From the IMG/VR virus record IMGVR_UViG_3300045996_001340, positions 1-59,720 of that record: DNA of 59,720 nucleotides. The stretch is one strand, 5' to 3'. Positions within the stretch are counted from its first letter, which is position 1; each line of letters begins with the position of its first letter. The DNA comes from a virus. Taxonomy: Duplodnaviria; Caudoviricetes. Made by a program: the position numbers and the translations under genes. Below the pieces are notes generated by a model that saw nothing but the letters and a program-made list of their open reading frames with translations, did not search any database and was not told the DNA's origin. Of the stretch, positions 37,325-46,923 are shown one piece after another.

Positions 37325-38727
37325 GCTTGGAGTCTCGTGAGCGACAGCTTCAAATCGTCCTGCGTTACTCCTTTGAGCCGGAGAAGGTCCATCATGTTCC
37401 GGTCGTACGTTTCCTCGGCGATCAGATGATGTATCGCGAGGTTCTTGCCGAGAGCTCGATGGCCGCCACCAAGACGCGCGTTCAGCTGCTGATACCACTC
37501 GAGGTTGTTGGTCAGGCCGAACCACACGATGTTCTCTGAGCCGCTGTACTGCAGGTTCAGCCCATGTCCTGCGCCGGCCGGGTGGAGCAGCAGGTAATCG
37601 ATCTTCCCCGCGTTCCAATCGTCTTCGTCCTGCTCGGTGTCGAGCACCCGCCACGTCCTCACCTTGCCGCAGTACTTCGTCAGCGCCTCGCTGATGCGCG
37701 CCTTGTCGTGCTGGTAGCCGTAGGCGATCAGCACCGGCCCGAAGCAGCCCTCCAACGTCTCGAGCAGCGCATCGATCTTCGCGTCGTGGAAGTGAACCCA
37801 CTCGCGGTTCAAGTGGTAGGCCGCGCCGTTCGCCAGCTGCAGCAGCTTGCCTGCGCACACGCCCGCGTTGACGGCCGTGAGCTTGACGCCGGAGATCTCT
37901 GCAAGATATTCGCGCGCGAACTTCTTATAGGTCTGCAGCGCCTGCGGTGGCAGGTCGACTCGGATCTCGTTGTAGTGGACAGGCGGCAGGTCGAGGTAGT
38001 CCTCTGCCCGCAGCGTCAGCACGATGTCGGAGATGAAGCGTTGGATCTCCGCGGCCGAGTGGTCCTTGATCTTGTAGCTGGTGTACGACTCCATGTTCAC
38101 GCGATCGAACCAGCGATCGACGTACGCGTCCTCGCTGAAGCCCAGGCGTCTGCCCTGATCGAGGAGCTGGATCTGTCCCCAGATGTCGATGTAGCCGTTT
38201 GGTGTTGGCGTGCCGGTGAGCTGCCACATGCGCTCGATCTCGTGCAGCCGACGGATGCGCCGCATCGACTGCCAGCGAGAAGCTGACTGCGACTTGTACG
38301 ACTGAGCCTCGTCGAGCACGACGGTGTCCCACGGCCAGGGACGGATCTGCTTGAACTTCTTGCCGGTGCCTTCGATGAACTGCGCCTCGATCCAGCCGGT
38401 CTGTTCGCGGTTGGTCAGGTAGACGTCGGCGTCACGCCACATCGCCTCCCAGCGTTGCTTCGGCGTGCCGATGATCTTGCTGACGCGCAAGCCGTTGAGG
38501 TGGAACCAGCGGTCGATCTCGTCAGACCAGACTTTCCTGGCAACGCGTAGCGGGGCGAACACCAGCATTTTGTGCGCGTTGAACGCGTCGAGCTCGTCTC
38601 GGAACGAAGTAAGGGTCGACACGGTCTTCCCTAGACCCATGTCGACCCAGCCTGCATTGAACGGGGTGTTCCTCTGGAACGTACTCAGCCGCTGCTGGTA
38701 CGCCCAGAGGTTTTCACGATGAAGCAT
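37321..38727 (-). CDS. SNF2-family helicase
   Basis: DMGLGKT, DEAQ, LTGTP.PN, HPAGAGHGLNLQ, Q.NAR. Confidence 0.93.
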   Translation of the reverse strand: MLHRENLWAYQQRLSTFQRNTPFNAGWVDMGLGKTVSTLTSFRDELDAFNAHKMLVFAPLRVARKVWSDEIDRWFHLNGLRVSKIIGTPKQRWEAMWRDADVYLTNREQTGWIEAQFIEGTGKKFKQIRPWPWDTVVLDEAQSYKSQSASRWQSMRRIRRLHEIERMWQLTGTPTPNGYIDIWGQIQLLDQGRRLGFSEDAYVDRWFDRVNMESYTSYKIKDHSAAEIQRFISDIVLTLRAEDYLDLPPVHYNEIRVDLPPQALQTYKKFAREYLAEISGVKLTAVNAGVCAGKLLQLANGAAYHLNREWVHFHDAKIDALLETLEGCFGPVLIAYGYQHDKARISEALTKYCGKVRTWRVLDTEQDEDDWNAGKIDYLLLHPAGAGHGLNLQYSGSENIVWFGLTNNLEWYQQLNARLGGGHRALGKNLAIHHLIAEETYDRNMMDLLRLKGVTQDDLKLSLTRLQA

Positions 38728-38939
38728 CAGTCGAAGCTGAGTTTGTCAGCGTCATCGGGCGCCTCGGCAATCAGCTGCTCCATGCGGCCCTCGATCGCAA
38801 TCTCGCCGATCTTGATCTGAGCGAACGCCGCTTGCAGAATCGGGTCCTTCTTTAGCGCTTCCGGAAACCGACACTCCAGCGCATCGCTGATGTGCGAGTA
38901 CGTGCCTTTGGCGTTACGCCACTGCCAGCCGACGCTCAC
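38727..38939 (-). CDS. Hypothetical protein
   Basis: GTGA coupling. Confidence 0.55.
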   Translation of the reverse strand: MSVGWQWRNAKGTYSHISDALECRFPEALKKDPILQAAFAQIKIGEIAIEGRMEQLIAEAPDDADKLSFD

Positions 38940-39517
38940 GCAGCCACCTGGCTCTTCGGCACTTCGTCCTTCTCGAGCGTCACCTTGAACATGGCGCTGT
39001 TGTGCGTGTGGAACGCGACGATGCCTTCCGGCCGCATGAACCCTGGCGCCGCGATCGACCCCTCGGTCCGCAGGATCTCGAGCGCCTCGGCAACAGGGCC
39101 GAACCCGGTGCCGCGCGCGAGCACGGGAACAACGTGGCAGCACGACGGGCGGACGCCTTCGTCTTCCCAACGGTGAGTGTTGAACAGCGAGAACCGCTTC
39201 ACGGTCAGTCCGTAGTTGCGGCGGCCGACGCCGGCACCCCACCACTCGCCGAAATGCTGACCCGGGCCGAGTCGCTGCAGATCGTACGCGTTCTTGTACA
39301 TCCACGCCCAGAAGCCGAAGTGGTCGTTGTCGATCGACAAGAACCGGTTGCGGCTGCCGCAGCGCATGAACACGCCGTCGAGTTGAACATCGATGCCCGG
39401 CTCGAACCTGTCGTCGTAAGGACGGATGTGGATCTGCGCGTTCGTGCCGTCGATCTTCTCGGTCACGATGACCTCACGGTTGAGCCGCGAGATCTTTGGA
39501 AATTCCTCGAAGTTCAT
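38936..39517 (-). CDS. RNA ligase (Rnl2-like adenylation domain)
   Basis: TEKIDGTNA (KxDG), GSRNR, FGEWWG, EGIV..., FK. Confidence 0.85.
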   Translation of the reverse strand: MNFEEFPKISRLNREVIVTEKIDGTNAQIHIRPYDDRFEPGIDVQLDGVFMRCGSRNRFLSIDNDHFGFWAWMYKNAYDLQRLGPGQHFGEWWGAGVGRRNYGLTVKRFSLFNTHRWEDEGVRPSCCHVVPVLARGTGFGPVAEALEILRTEGSIAAPGFMRPEGIVAFHTHNSAMFKVTLEKDEVPKSQVAA

Positions 39518-39714
39518 TCAAGCCACTCCTCTGTTGGTTTCAACACAGTGATGCCTGCCGCCACCTTCTGCAGCCGGGCATCGATTTCGTTTGCGAGGTT
39601 CTTCAGCTCGGTGTCGATGACGAAGTCTTGGTGATCGCCCCCGGCGCGGATACGGCGCGCGAGCTCGTCCATCGACTTCGTCTCCATCACGACAGGGAAG
39701 GACTCGTACTTCAC
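39514..39714 (-). CDS. Hypothetical protein
   Basis: GTG coupling; ends EEWLE. Confidence 0.6.
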   Translation of the reverse strand: MKYESFPVVMETKSMDELARRIRAGGDHQDFVIDTELKNLANEIDARLQKVAAGITVLKPTEEWLE

Positions 39715-39872
39715 TGGGAGAAGAGTTCTATGAGCGCCCAAACCAAAGCAGCCGCTACGGCAATGCACGCATACAGCGGCCAGAACTCCGGGATGCTGGC
39801 GATGAACAGCACAACCGCCATGGCACAGAACGTGCCGACAATCGCCCAGGCAATTCCCCGCTTGATGCTCAT
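39711..39872 (-). CDS. Small two-TM membrane protein (MSIKRGIAWAIV...)
   Basis: Manual translation; coupled at both ends. Confidence 0.55.
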   Translation of the reverse strand: MSIKRGIAWAIVGTFCAMAVVLFIASIPEFWPLYACIAVAAALVWALIELFSQ

Positions 39873-40051
39873 GCGCCGAACTCATTGCAGGTTGCGTTGA
39901 ACACGCGCTCGATGATCTCGATCGCGCGATCCTCGGACAGACCTTCCTCAACCATCTCCTTCGCGAGCGCGAGGAGTTCGTCGAGCGTGTCGGAAATCCA
40001 TACCTCGCCGGCAATCGCGGCGATTCGTTGTTCGAGCGTCAACTCAGCCAT
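39869..40051 (-). CDS. Hypothetical acidic protein
   Basis: Coupled ORF. Confidence 0.6.
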   Translation of the reverse strand: MAELTLEQRIAAIAGEVWISDTLDELLALAKEMVEEGLSEDRAIEIIERVFNATCNEFGA

Positions 40052-40374
40052 GACACTTCCCTCTCCAGTCGTTCGAAAATCACCAGGAACTTCTCTTTCG
40101 AGTCGACGTCGGCATAGACCTCAAGGCCGACGGCGCGCATCGCGTTCTGCTCTTCGACCTGCAGCGGCGTCGAGACCTCGCCGGGCTTCTTGAACTCAAC
40201 CCAGACAGCTCGCCCGTTCTTCGCGAAAACGTCGTCGGGTACCGAGCGGTTGCCGGGGCTTTTGAACTTGCGAACCCACCAGTCGCGGGATCGAGCCCAG
40301 TCCTTGCAGGACTTCTCGACATCCTTCTCGCGCAGCCGCTTCTTGGGGGTGCGCCAGGGCTTCTCTTTCGCCAC
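40039..40374 (-). CDS. VRR-NUC nuclease
   Basis: EKDVE...KF.SPG..SVPD...VEFKKPG...TPLQ. Confidence 0.88.
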   Translation of the reverse strand: MAKEKPWRTPKKRLREKDVEKSCKDWARSRDWWVRKFKSPGNRSVPDDVFAKNGRAVWVEFKKPGEVSTPLQVEEQNAMRAVGLEVYADVDSKEKFLVIFERLEREVSWLS

Positions 40375-40487
40375 GCGTCACGACAGCAGGCCGATGATCG
40401 CGGCGAGCATCTCGCGCATCGACCAAGCGACGACGCCGACGAGGAGCCAGGACAAGAAGAGGAGGGAGAGGAGCAGGCGGAACCAGT

Positions 40488-40967
40488 TCATGCTGCAACC
40501 CTCTCGTTGAGGGCGGCGCGGATGCGCGCGGTGCGGGTGCGGATTGTGACGTGCGACACACCGGTCGCTGCGTGGATCTCGTCACCGGAGTCGCCAAGGA
40601 CCGTCGAGGTGAAGATCTGGCGGTGCAGCGGGTCCTTAAGCATCCGGTCCAGTCTTGCCAAAACTTGTATAGCGTCGACTTGCAATTCGACGTTTGATGC
40701 GGCAATCTGATCCGGCATTTCATCCGGGGCGACATAATCAGTCATCAGGTTGCAGTGCTTCTGCTTCTGCTTGAAACAGAGCGAGCGCATGATGTGCTGG
40801 AGCCACGTGGGCAGGGAACATTCACCGCGGAACTTGCATTTGAAGCGAGCCGCGGTCACGAACGTGTCTTGCAGAAGGTCTTGTGTAGCGTCTTCGTCGC
40901 GGGTGAGACGCTTGGCGCTCGCGCGCAGGTTGGGCAGGGCGTCCGCGATCATCTGATCGGTCAGCAT
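40488..40967 (-). CDS. ECF-type sigma-70 factor
   Basis: A.RLTRD...QDLLQDTF...F.G..SLPTWL..I, plus region-4 HTH (EI...TG....TIRTR..R). Confidence 0.85.
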   Translation of the reverse strand: MLTDQMIADALPNLRASAKRLTRDEDATQDLLQDTFVTAARFKCKFRGECSLPTWLQHIMRSLCFKQKQKHCNLMTDYVAPDEMPDQIAASNVELQVDAIQVLARLDRMLKDPLHRQIFTSTVLGDSGDEIHAATGVSHVTIRTRTARIRAALNERVAA

Positions 40968-41052
40968 AAGGGCTCCGAGCGTTCCTGCTGACTGCCTGGT
41001 AAGTTGGCAGCAGGGACACCAGTTGGTTTAACGACTCTCTGGCTCTTCAGAC

Positions 41053-41082
41053 CGCCCCGGTGAGTGTCAGCTCACCGGGGCG
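41053..41082. other. Perfect 12-bp hairpin in the leader of the sigma gene
   Basis: CGCCCCGGTGAG-TGTCAG-CTCACCGGGGCG. Confidence 0.7.
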
Positions 41083-41122
41083 CTCTCTTTTCACTTCTTC
41101 ATGTCTGCTTCGATCCTGTGAC

Positions 41123-41177
41123 CGGAACTAATGTTCCGTTGAAGTGCACTCTACGTTAGTTCCGGAAAATATTACAA
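41123..41177 (-). promoter_or_regulatory. Promoter-like TTGTAA-18 nt-TAGAGT with operator sites
   Basis: CGGAAC-TAAT-GTTCCG at 41123-41138 and TAGTTCCGG at 41157. Confidence 0.55.
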
Positions 41178-41190
41178 CTCGGGGAAAACC

Positions 41191-43341
41191 TTATTTGCGA
41201 TACCGCTTTGCCCTGTGCCCTTCGACCGCAACCGGCAAACCGCGAGCCCACCCAGGAATGTCGCACATGATCTGCGCCGCTTCTTCGAGCGAGCCGAAGC
41301 CCTCGGCCGGCTCTAAGATCGGCTCGTCGTGGGCGCTGCCGATCGGCGGGTAGCCCCTTCGCTCAAACTTGTGCTTCGCATATACCAGCAGGTCCCTGCT
41401 GATTGCCTGCACAGCGTTCTCATCCAATTTGCCGCCGTAAGTACTCGTCTTCATGTAGCGGCGACTGTACGTATCGACGCCCCAGTAACGAACAACATAA
41501 TTCACAGTCTCCAGGTCCTCATTGACCTCCTGATCGAGACTGGGACGGAAGTACCACAACCGTCTTCCAGAAGGCAGACGCATGCACAGCCATTCGTTGG
41601 CCTTGTACCTCACGACCCGAAACATTATTTTTCCGCCTGCGCACTGGTACACATCGCCGCTGTGACGCACTGCCATTACGGCGGCCTCACGTAGGTCTTT
41701 CCACCCCTGCACGATGCGGGGGTGCTGCTCGCGCCACAGCTGCTTCAGGCCGTCGCAAGCGAGGTAGATGTGCTGCGGGAGTTTGGAGCGCGAGCCGAAG
41801 TTGCTCCACATCCAGGCTGACTTCTCGCAGACCCAATCCGGGAACGTGCCGTCGACCTGCTTCGCGAGGTCTTCGAGGTTGATGCCGTAGTTCGGCACCA
41901 TCGTTGCGAACGCGGAAGCGCCGCCCTCGTAGCCGAGCGCGAGCTCCATGACCTTGCCGATCTGGCGCTGCGACTTGATGACGTCTTCGATCGGGATACC
42001 GAACGCACGGGCGTAGGCGATCTTGTAGTTGTCCGGGCCGGTGCCGGCGTCCTGCTTGCGGAACCCTTCGAGCTTCCACTCTTCATCCCACAGCCACGCG
42101 TTGACGCGCGACTCGATGCCGGCGAAGTCGGGGAAGAGCAGGTCGCGTCCAGGCGAGGCGATCAGCATGCCGCGCAGGCAGCTGGCGAATACCTTCATCG
42201 GGTCGACGTCGTAGAGCGTGCGGATGAAGCTGAGCGACTTGAGCTTCATCGCCTCGATCGCCGCGTTCGCGTCGTCGATCACCGGGCGGAAGAGGTTCTG
42301 CAGTTGCACGCCGAGCGACGACCACCGGCCCGTTGCGGCGCCGTGGTACATGAACATGCCGCGCAGCTTCCCGTCGGCGCACGCCATGTCCTGGAGCGTC
42401 TCGAGCTTCGCGACTGCTTTCATCCCGTACGTGCTGTAGATGCGCAGCACGACCTTGCAGTTGTCCGGGCAACTGTCTGCCGCGACGATCTGCTTGACCG
42501 TCTCGGCCTGCATGTCGGTGAGCTGCGGGTAGCCGTTCGCGCGAACCCAGTCGGCGACCTTCGCGCGCTGCGTCGGCTCAAGGCCGTCCGTCAGGATGCG
42601 GAAGCGCTCAGCGAGCTCGCTCTTGTACTCGTCGACCAGCGCTCGCGCGATGGCGACCATCTCAAGGTCGACCTGCCAGCCGCGGTCATTCATCCGCTGG
42701 TCGAGCTCGTAGACGAGCTGCTCGGACGGCTTGAGGTCCGGCACGGCGTCGTCCACTTCGCGCTCTGCCTCGACGTCATCGACGTTGTAGCAGAGCATGT
42801 TCTCCCAGCGCTCAGGCGCATTCTCCGGCGTCCAGCGCTTCTCTTTGCCAGTGCGTGGCTTGGACAGGGCGAGCATATCCATGCGCCCAGCTTCGTCCTT
42901 AGCGTGCGTGCCGAGGGCTTTGGCCGAGTCGCCGAGGGCGCGCGGCAAGCCGTGCACCGCCATCTTCGCGGCGGTGCAGACCATCTGCCCGATCTTGGGG
43001 CGAGGGAAGTTGAGCTTCCGCCCTGCAGTCCCGTTGAGGACGACGCGCTCGAACTGGGCGTGGTGCGCCCGGAACTCGCCACCAGACTCGATATGAGCCC
43101 GCAGGTCGTCCGGCACTTCCAGACCGACAACAATGCGAACGCCCGGCTTGCGCAGCCGTACGGCCTCCAGAATCGGCTCAGGGAACGATTCGAAGGGAAG
43201 CCACAAAGTCACCGGGCCGTGGTCGAAAGCGTAGCCCAGGACGTTCAGCTCGGTGGTGGGGTGCTCGGCGTACTTGAACGCGCCTGCCGTTTTGAGGTCG
43301 CACTCGCTGTACGTTTCCAAATCTCCATGCATGCGCGTCAT
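41191..43341 (-). CDS. polA: Family A DNA polymerase with 3'-5' exonuclease
   Basis: DLETYS exo I, ATGRWS..GVQLQN, DFAGIE, RQIGKVMELALGY, HDE. Confidence 0.93.
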   Translation of the reverse strand: MTRMHGDLETYSECDLKTAGAFKYAEHPTTELNVLGYAFDHGPVTLWLPFESFPEPILEAVRLRKPGVRIVVGLEVPDDLRAHIESGGEFRAHHAQFERVVLNGTAGRKLNFPRPKIGQMVCTAAKMAVHGLPRALGDSAKALGTHAKDEAGRMDMLALSKPRTGKEKRWTPENAPERWENMLCYNVDDVEAEREVDDAVPDLKPSEQLVYELDQRMNDRGWQVDLEMVAIARALVDEYKSELAERFRILTDGLEPTQRAKVADWVRANGYPQLTDMQAETVKQIVAADSCPDNCKVVLRIYSTYGMKAVAKLETLQDMACADGKLRGMFMYHGAATGRWSSLGVQLQNLFRPVIDDANAAIEAMKLKSLSFIRTLYDVDPMKVFASCLRGMLIASPGRDLLFPDFAGIESRVNAWLWDEEWKLEGFRKQDAGTGPDNYKIAYARAFGIPIEDVIKSQRQIGKVMELALGYEGGASAFATMVPNYGINLEDLAKQVDGTFPDWVCEKSAWMWSNFGSRSKLPQHIYLACDGLKQLWREQHPRIVQGWKDLREAAVMAVRHSGDVYQCAGGKIMFRVVRYKANEWLCMRLPSGRRLWYFRPSLDQEVNEDLETVNYVVRYWGVDTYSRRYMKTSTYGGKLDENAVQAISRDLLVYAKHKFERRGYPPIGSAHDEPILEPAEGFGSLEEAAQIMCDIPGWARGLPVAVEGHRAKRYRK

Positions 43342-43904
43342 GCATGGCTCCAGCAAGAGTGGTTGCAAAGTACCCGACTTACGTACTTCCAGGAGATATC
43401 GAAGTACGAAGCTATCTCTTTCAGCTTCACGCCGGCAGCCCGCAGATCGAACATTCTCTCGACTGTTCCTTCAGTCAGCTTCGAATGAGGATTGGCTTCG
43501 CGGCGCAGGCGAAGCTCAGGTCGGCGCCGCAGGTAGTGCTTGTCGCCCGAAATGTCCGTTCCGTGCAGGTAACGGTCGTTTAGGTTGTCTGACTGAGTCG
43601 TCCATCTCAGATTGACGGCCCTGTTGTCGGCGTGCACGCCGTTCCCGTGCGCCGCCACCAGCCCTGGAGGTCTCGGACCCGTGAACGCGGTGAGCACAAG
43701 GTCGTGGACAGAGACATCCTTGCGGATGCTGTCCCGGAATAGGGCTACGATGCGGTAACCTTTTGGGGTGGTGCCGCCTCGAAGAATTTTTCCTTTACGT
43801 CGGTATCCAGAGGCATCGATCCGATCAACGCCGCGCACTCGGCCGAGATCGCTGACCTCGTACAAGCCTTCATACCCGACGATCGGCTTCCACGTTTCGC
43901 TCAA
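43338..43904 (-). CDS. NUMOD4-HNH homing endonuclease
   Basis: WKPIVGYEGLYEVSDLGRVR...VHDLV..AF...H.NG..ADN...NL.W. Confidence 0.9.
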   Translation of the reverse strand: MSETWKPIVGYEGLYEVSDLGRVRGVDRIDASGYRRKGKILRGGTTPKGYRIVALFRDSIRKDVSVHDLVLTAFTGPRPPGLVAAHGNGVHADNRAVNLRWTTQSDNLNDRYLHGTDISGDKHYLRRRPELRLRREANPHSKLTEGTVERMFDLRAAGVKLKEIASYFDISWKYVSRVLCNHSCWSHA

Positions 43905-44051
43905 TTCGGTATACCTCTCTGACTGCCACGATCCATGTGCACGCCGGCGAGTGTCCGTTCTCGCCGAGAGCGAGCCTCGGCCCCAGATCGCACTGACAAG
44001 CAGGGCCATCTGGGGCGCGAAGCAGGGTCCGCAGATGTGCGGACTCAGCCG

Positions 44052-44345
44052 TCACAACACTTCGAAGCGAGCGACCGCGTTCTGCAACGCGTCGACCCTT
44101 TCGTTTGCCGATCGCAGCAGGTAGTCGATCTGCCACACGAAGCCCGATGGAGCAGGCGGCTCCGGCGTAGCCGCCCCTGCAGCTGGGCTCGCACCGAAGA
44201 CCCGGTCCGCTTTCTCGTTCAGCACCTCCGTGATTCCAGAGATGCGACGTCGCAGCGTGTCGAGATGGTAGGTAAGCCGTTCGAGCTCGCCTTCCTTCAC
44301 CGGAGTCACGGGATTGGGAGGCATTTGGCCTGTTGTGTAGTTCAC
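44052..44345 (-). CDS. Hypothetical protein
   Basis: GTGA coupling. Confidence 0.6.
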   Translation of the reverse strand: MNYTTGQMPPNPVTPVKEGELERLTYHLDTLRRRISGITEVLNEKADRVFGASPAAGAATPEPPAPSGFVWQIDYLLRSANERVDALQNAVARFEVL

Positions 44346-44563
44346 GACAGCAACGCCTCGAGCTTCGTGGCGACGGCCCCGGCTCGAGAAGACTCGATCC
44401 AGACCCGCTGCTGCTCATTGCGCAGCGCGTGGACTTCGTCTTCGATGTCGTTGCTGCGCGCGATTGCGACGTGTTGCAGACGGCGCAGGCGATGGACTTG
44501 CCGATTGAACCCGGCGAGGATTCGATCGGTGGACAGGAACATGAGAATGATTCGTTCGATCAT
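44342..44563 (-). CDS. Hypothetical coiled-coil protein
   Basis: Coupled ORF. Confidence 0.6.
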   Translation of the reverse strand: MIERIILMFLSTDRILAGFNRQVHRLRRLQHVAIARSNDIEDEVHALRNEQQRVWIESSRAGAVATKLEALLS

Positions 44564-44566
44564 TGG

Positions 44567-45160
44567 TCAGTCATCCCATGAGTTGGAGGACTTCGAGCTG
44601 CCGCCGGCCTTGTCGCCGATCGCCTCGAACTCTTCCTCTGCGTTGACGGGAGCAACACCGAACGCCTGGCCCGGCTTGACGAACTGCAGGGCGCGCAGGT
44701 TGCCGTTGATCTTCTTGCCGAAGCTGTTGTTCTGCAGCCAGAGCGTGACGGTCATGACCCCGTACGCGCCGCTGTACGGCCACTCCTTGTCGCCCGGCAC
44801 GACTGTGTTGAGCTCGCGACCGACGACGGTCGGACGTGTGTCGTTCGACGCCTGGATGAAGAACATCCCTTTCCAGCCGTCGTACTTCTTCTTGTCGCCG
44901 CTGCCGAAGCAACGCCCGCTCAGCTCTTCCGAGTCGATGCCGCCTTCCTTCAGAAGACGATCAGCCTCAGACTTGATCTTCGCGATTGCCGCGGCGTGAG
45001 CCTTGTTGGAGGGATCGAGCAACGCCGTCGCGCCGAACTTCGCAGATTCGGGCTTCTTCGGGTCGAAGGCTTTCGCCTTCTCGATGCTCAAGAAACTGAA
45101 GCGAATCGGATCTGCGCCGGAGCCCAGCGTGATCTTCTCGCTCGTGATTGCCTTTGCCAT
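44567..45160 (-). CDS. ssDNA-binding protein (DUF2815/gp2.5-like)
   Basis: RFSF...KFGAT...PTVV...YSGAY...NLRALQFV..G..FG; acidic tail. Confidence 0.85.
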   Translation of the reverse strand: MAKAITSEKITLGSGADPIRFSFLSIEKAKAFDPKKPESAKFGATALLDPSNKAHAAAIAKIKSEADRLLKEGGIDSEELSGRCFGSGDKKKYDGWKGMFFIQASNDTRPTVVGRELNTVVPGDKEWPYSGAYGVMTVTLWLQNNSFGKKINGNLRALQFVKPGQAFGVAPVNAEEEFEAIGDKAGGSSKSSNSWDD

Positions 45161-45190
45161 GTGTATCAAGTACCTTCGTTAACCAATGTG

Positions 45191-46426
45191 TCAGTCGGCA
45201 TCGGCTTGCGGGCCGAGATCTTCGAACTCCTGAAGTGCGTCGACGGTGAGGGCGGGCCGTTTGTCATCGTGGGTAGCGATGGTTGGACGGCCCGGTGTTT
45301 TGGAAACGAGGTGGGCGAGGGCGCCTGCCGGCTTCTTCTCGGTCGCCGCGCGAAAGTGCTTCGCGCCGACGAGCTCCTCGACCTTCGCGACCGACTTGAG
45401 CTCGGGCTCGGTCAGCAGGTCTTTCTCTTCGATATCGAGATCGACGTCCTTCACGGCCTCGATCACGGCCGCCGCGGGCTTGGTGAAGCTGCGACTGCTC
45501 TTGCCGCCGACAAGCTTCAGACCGCCAACCGGCCTGCCGTGTTGGAGCTCGGCGTAGATGTGCGACTTGATCTCGCCCATCCATTTCGTCAGCTCGCTGA
45601 ACCGCAGATAGATCTTCTCGATCGTCGAGTTGTCGAGCGTCGGCAGCGCCTTCATCGGCGCGTTGAGGTTCTCGAAGTCGCCGATCGCCTGCTCCATCAA
45701 GTCCTTCGCGCGGTGCTTACACGTCTTGCGGATGCGGCAGAAGTTCTGCGAGCACCACGGCCCGGCTTTGAACGGCGCGTCCTCTGCTTCCGTCGCTAGA
45801 GCTGCCGGCGCCAAGACCTCGTCTGCCCACTTGAGCAGGTCGGCGAGTGAGATGCTCCACTTGTCGAAGTGGCCGATACGCGGCTGCACGATATGGAGCA
45901 CGAAGTCGGTGATGTCCGGATAGAGCCACCCGTAGTCGTGCCACCAGCCGAGCCCGTAGAGCATCAACTGTTCGCAATTCTCCGCGAACACTTGCACACC
46001 TTCGCCTAGCTTTAGGTCGATGATGTGCGCCACCGTCTTGTCGATGTTGACGCGGTCAGACGTGCCGAAGCCGTTCTTCACCCACCGGGTGTAGCGGACT
46101 CGCAGCTCGGAGTGCGACTCGCCCGGAATGTCGGCGCAGTAGTCGAGGAATTGGTTTACGCCATCGACCATCGCGCGGTCGACTGTGACGTCCGCTGCAC
46201 CTTTGACGTGGATAACCGTATCGAGAAAGGACTCTGCGCGCACACCGCGGTCGTGGCACCACTCCGCAACGGTGTGCCCCGCAGTCCCGTACAGCGCGTA
46301 GCTGCTCTGCTCGTCGGGTACGCCTTTGGATGCGCGCACACTTCCCGCGCAGTGCATCCACCTTTTCGCGCCGGACGGGCCGAGATCGGAGTGCGGGTTG
46401 TCGACAATCTCTACAGGTGCGCCCAT
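45191..46426 (-). CDS. DUF2800 PD-(D/E)XK nuclease
   Basis: HS.LGPS.A.RW..C...GFGTSD...IDLK.G.GVQV.A.N..QL.LY...IVQPR...G.WC..FC. Confidence 0.9.
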   Translation of the reverse strand: MGAPVEIVDNPHSDLGPSGAKRWMHCAGSVRASKGVPDEQSSYALYGTAGHTVAEWCHDRGVRAESFLDTVIHVKGAADVTVDRAMVDGVNQFLDYCADIPGESHSELRVRYTRWVKNGFGTSDRVNIDKTVAHIIDLKLGEGVQVFAENCEQLMLYGLGWWHDYGWLYPDITDFVLHIVQPRIGHFDKWSISLADLLKWADEVLAPAALATEAEDAPFKAGPWCSQNFCRIRKTCKHRAKDLMEQAIGDFENLNAPMKALPTLDNSTIEKIYLRFSELTKWMGEIKSHIYAELQHGRPVGGLKLVGGKSSRSFTKPAAAVIEAVKDVDLDIEEKDLLTEPELKSVAKVEELVGAKHFRAATEKKPAGALAHLVSKTPGRPTIATHDDKRPALTVDALQEFEDLGPQADAD

Positions 46427-46923
46427 CGAACCCCTCGAATAACTCGACTAACCTGCGTTTGAGAAACACCAAATGCCGCAGCGAGCTCGCGCTGCGGGCG
46501 CTTCGAAGCCCTGATGGCCTTCACATCGCTCTCGGTAAGCTTTGCCAGGGTGTGCGCCTCGCCGCGCAGCACTTGACCGTGGAGGTCTTTGTCCGCGGTG
46601 TTTTCTTCGACTGTGCCCCAAGCTAGGTTTGAGGACCTGTTGTCGAAACGGACGCCGTTGAGGTGCCTCGCTTCATGTTCGGGAGAAGGACGTTCACCTT
46701 GAAAGGCGGTAAGAACAAGAACGTGAACATCCCTGCACTTCTGCACGTTGGCGTTCGACAGCATCACTTGCAGATATCGAACCTTGTAGCTTAGGAAACG
46801 CAGTAGCTTTCCCTTGCGGCGGTGTCCGGAACTGATGATGCGGTCGAGCGATCGAACACGGCCGAGGTCACTGACCTCGTACACGCCCTCGTACCCAACA
46901 ACTGCAGCCCACATCTCGCGCAT
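46411..46923 (-). CDS. NUMOD4-HNH homing endonuclease
   Basis: WAAVVGYEGVYEVSDLGRVRS...VHVLV...RHLNG...DN...NLAWG; C-terminal HTH. Confidence 0.9.
   Translation of the reverse strand: MREMWAAVVGYEGVYEVSDLGRVRSLDRIISSGHRRKGKLLRFLSYKVRYLQVMLSNANVQKCRDVHVLVLTAFQGERPSPEHEARHLNGVRFDNRSSNLAWGTVEENTADKDLHGQVLRGEAHTLAKLTESDVKAIRASKRPQRELAAAFGVSQTQVSRVIRGVRWAHL

Noticed and set aside
45191-46426. Cas4 of a CRISPR system
   Set aside because: Motifs and context (SSB, PolA) fit a DUF2800 replication nuclease.
43338-46923. Group I introns or inteins carrying the HNH genes
   Set aside because: The flanking polA and nuclease ORFs are uninterrupted, so the HNH genes are free-standing.
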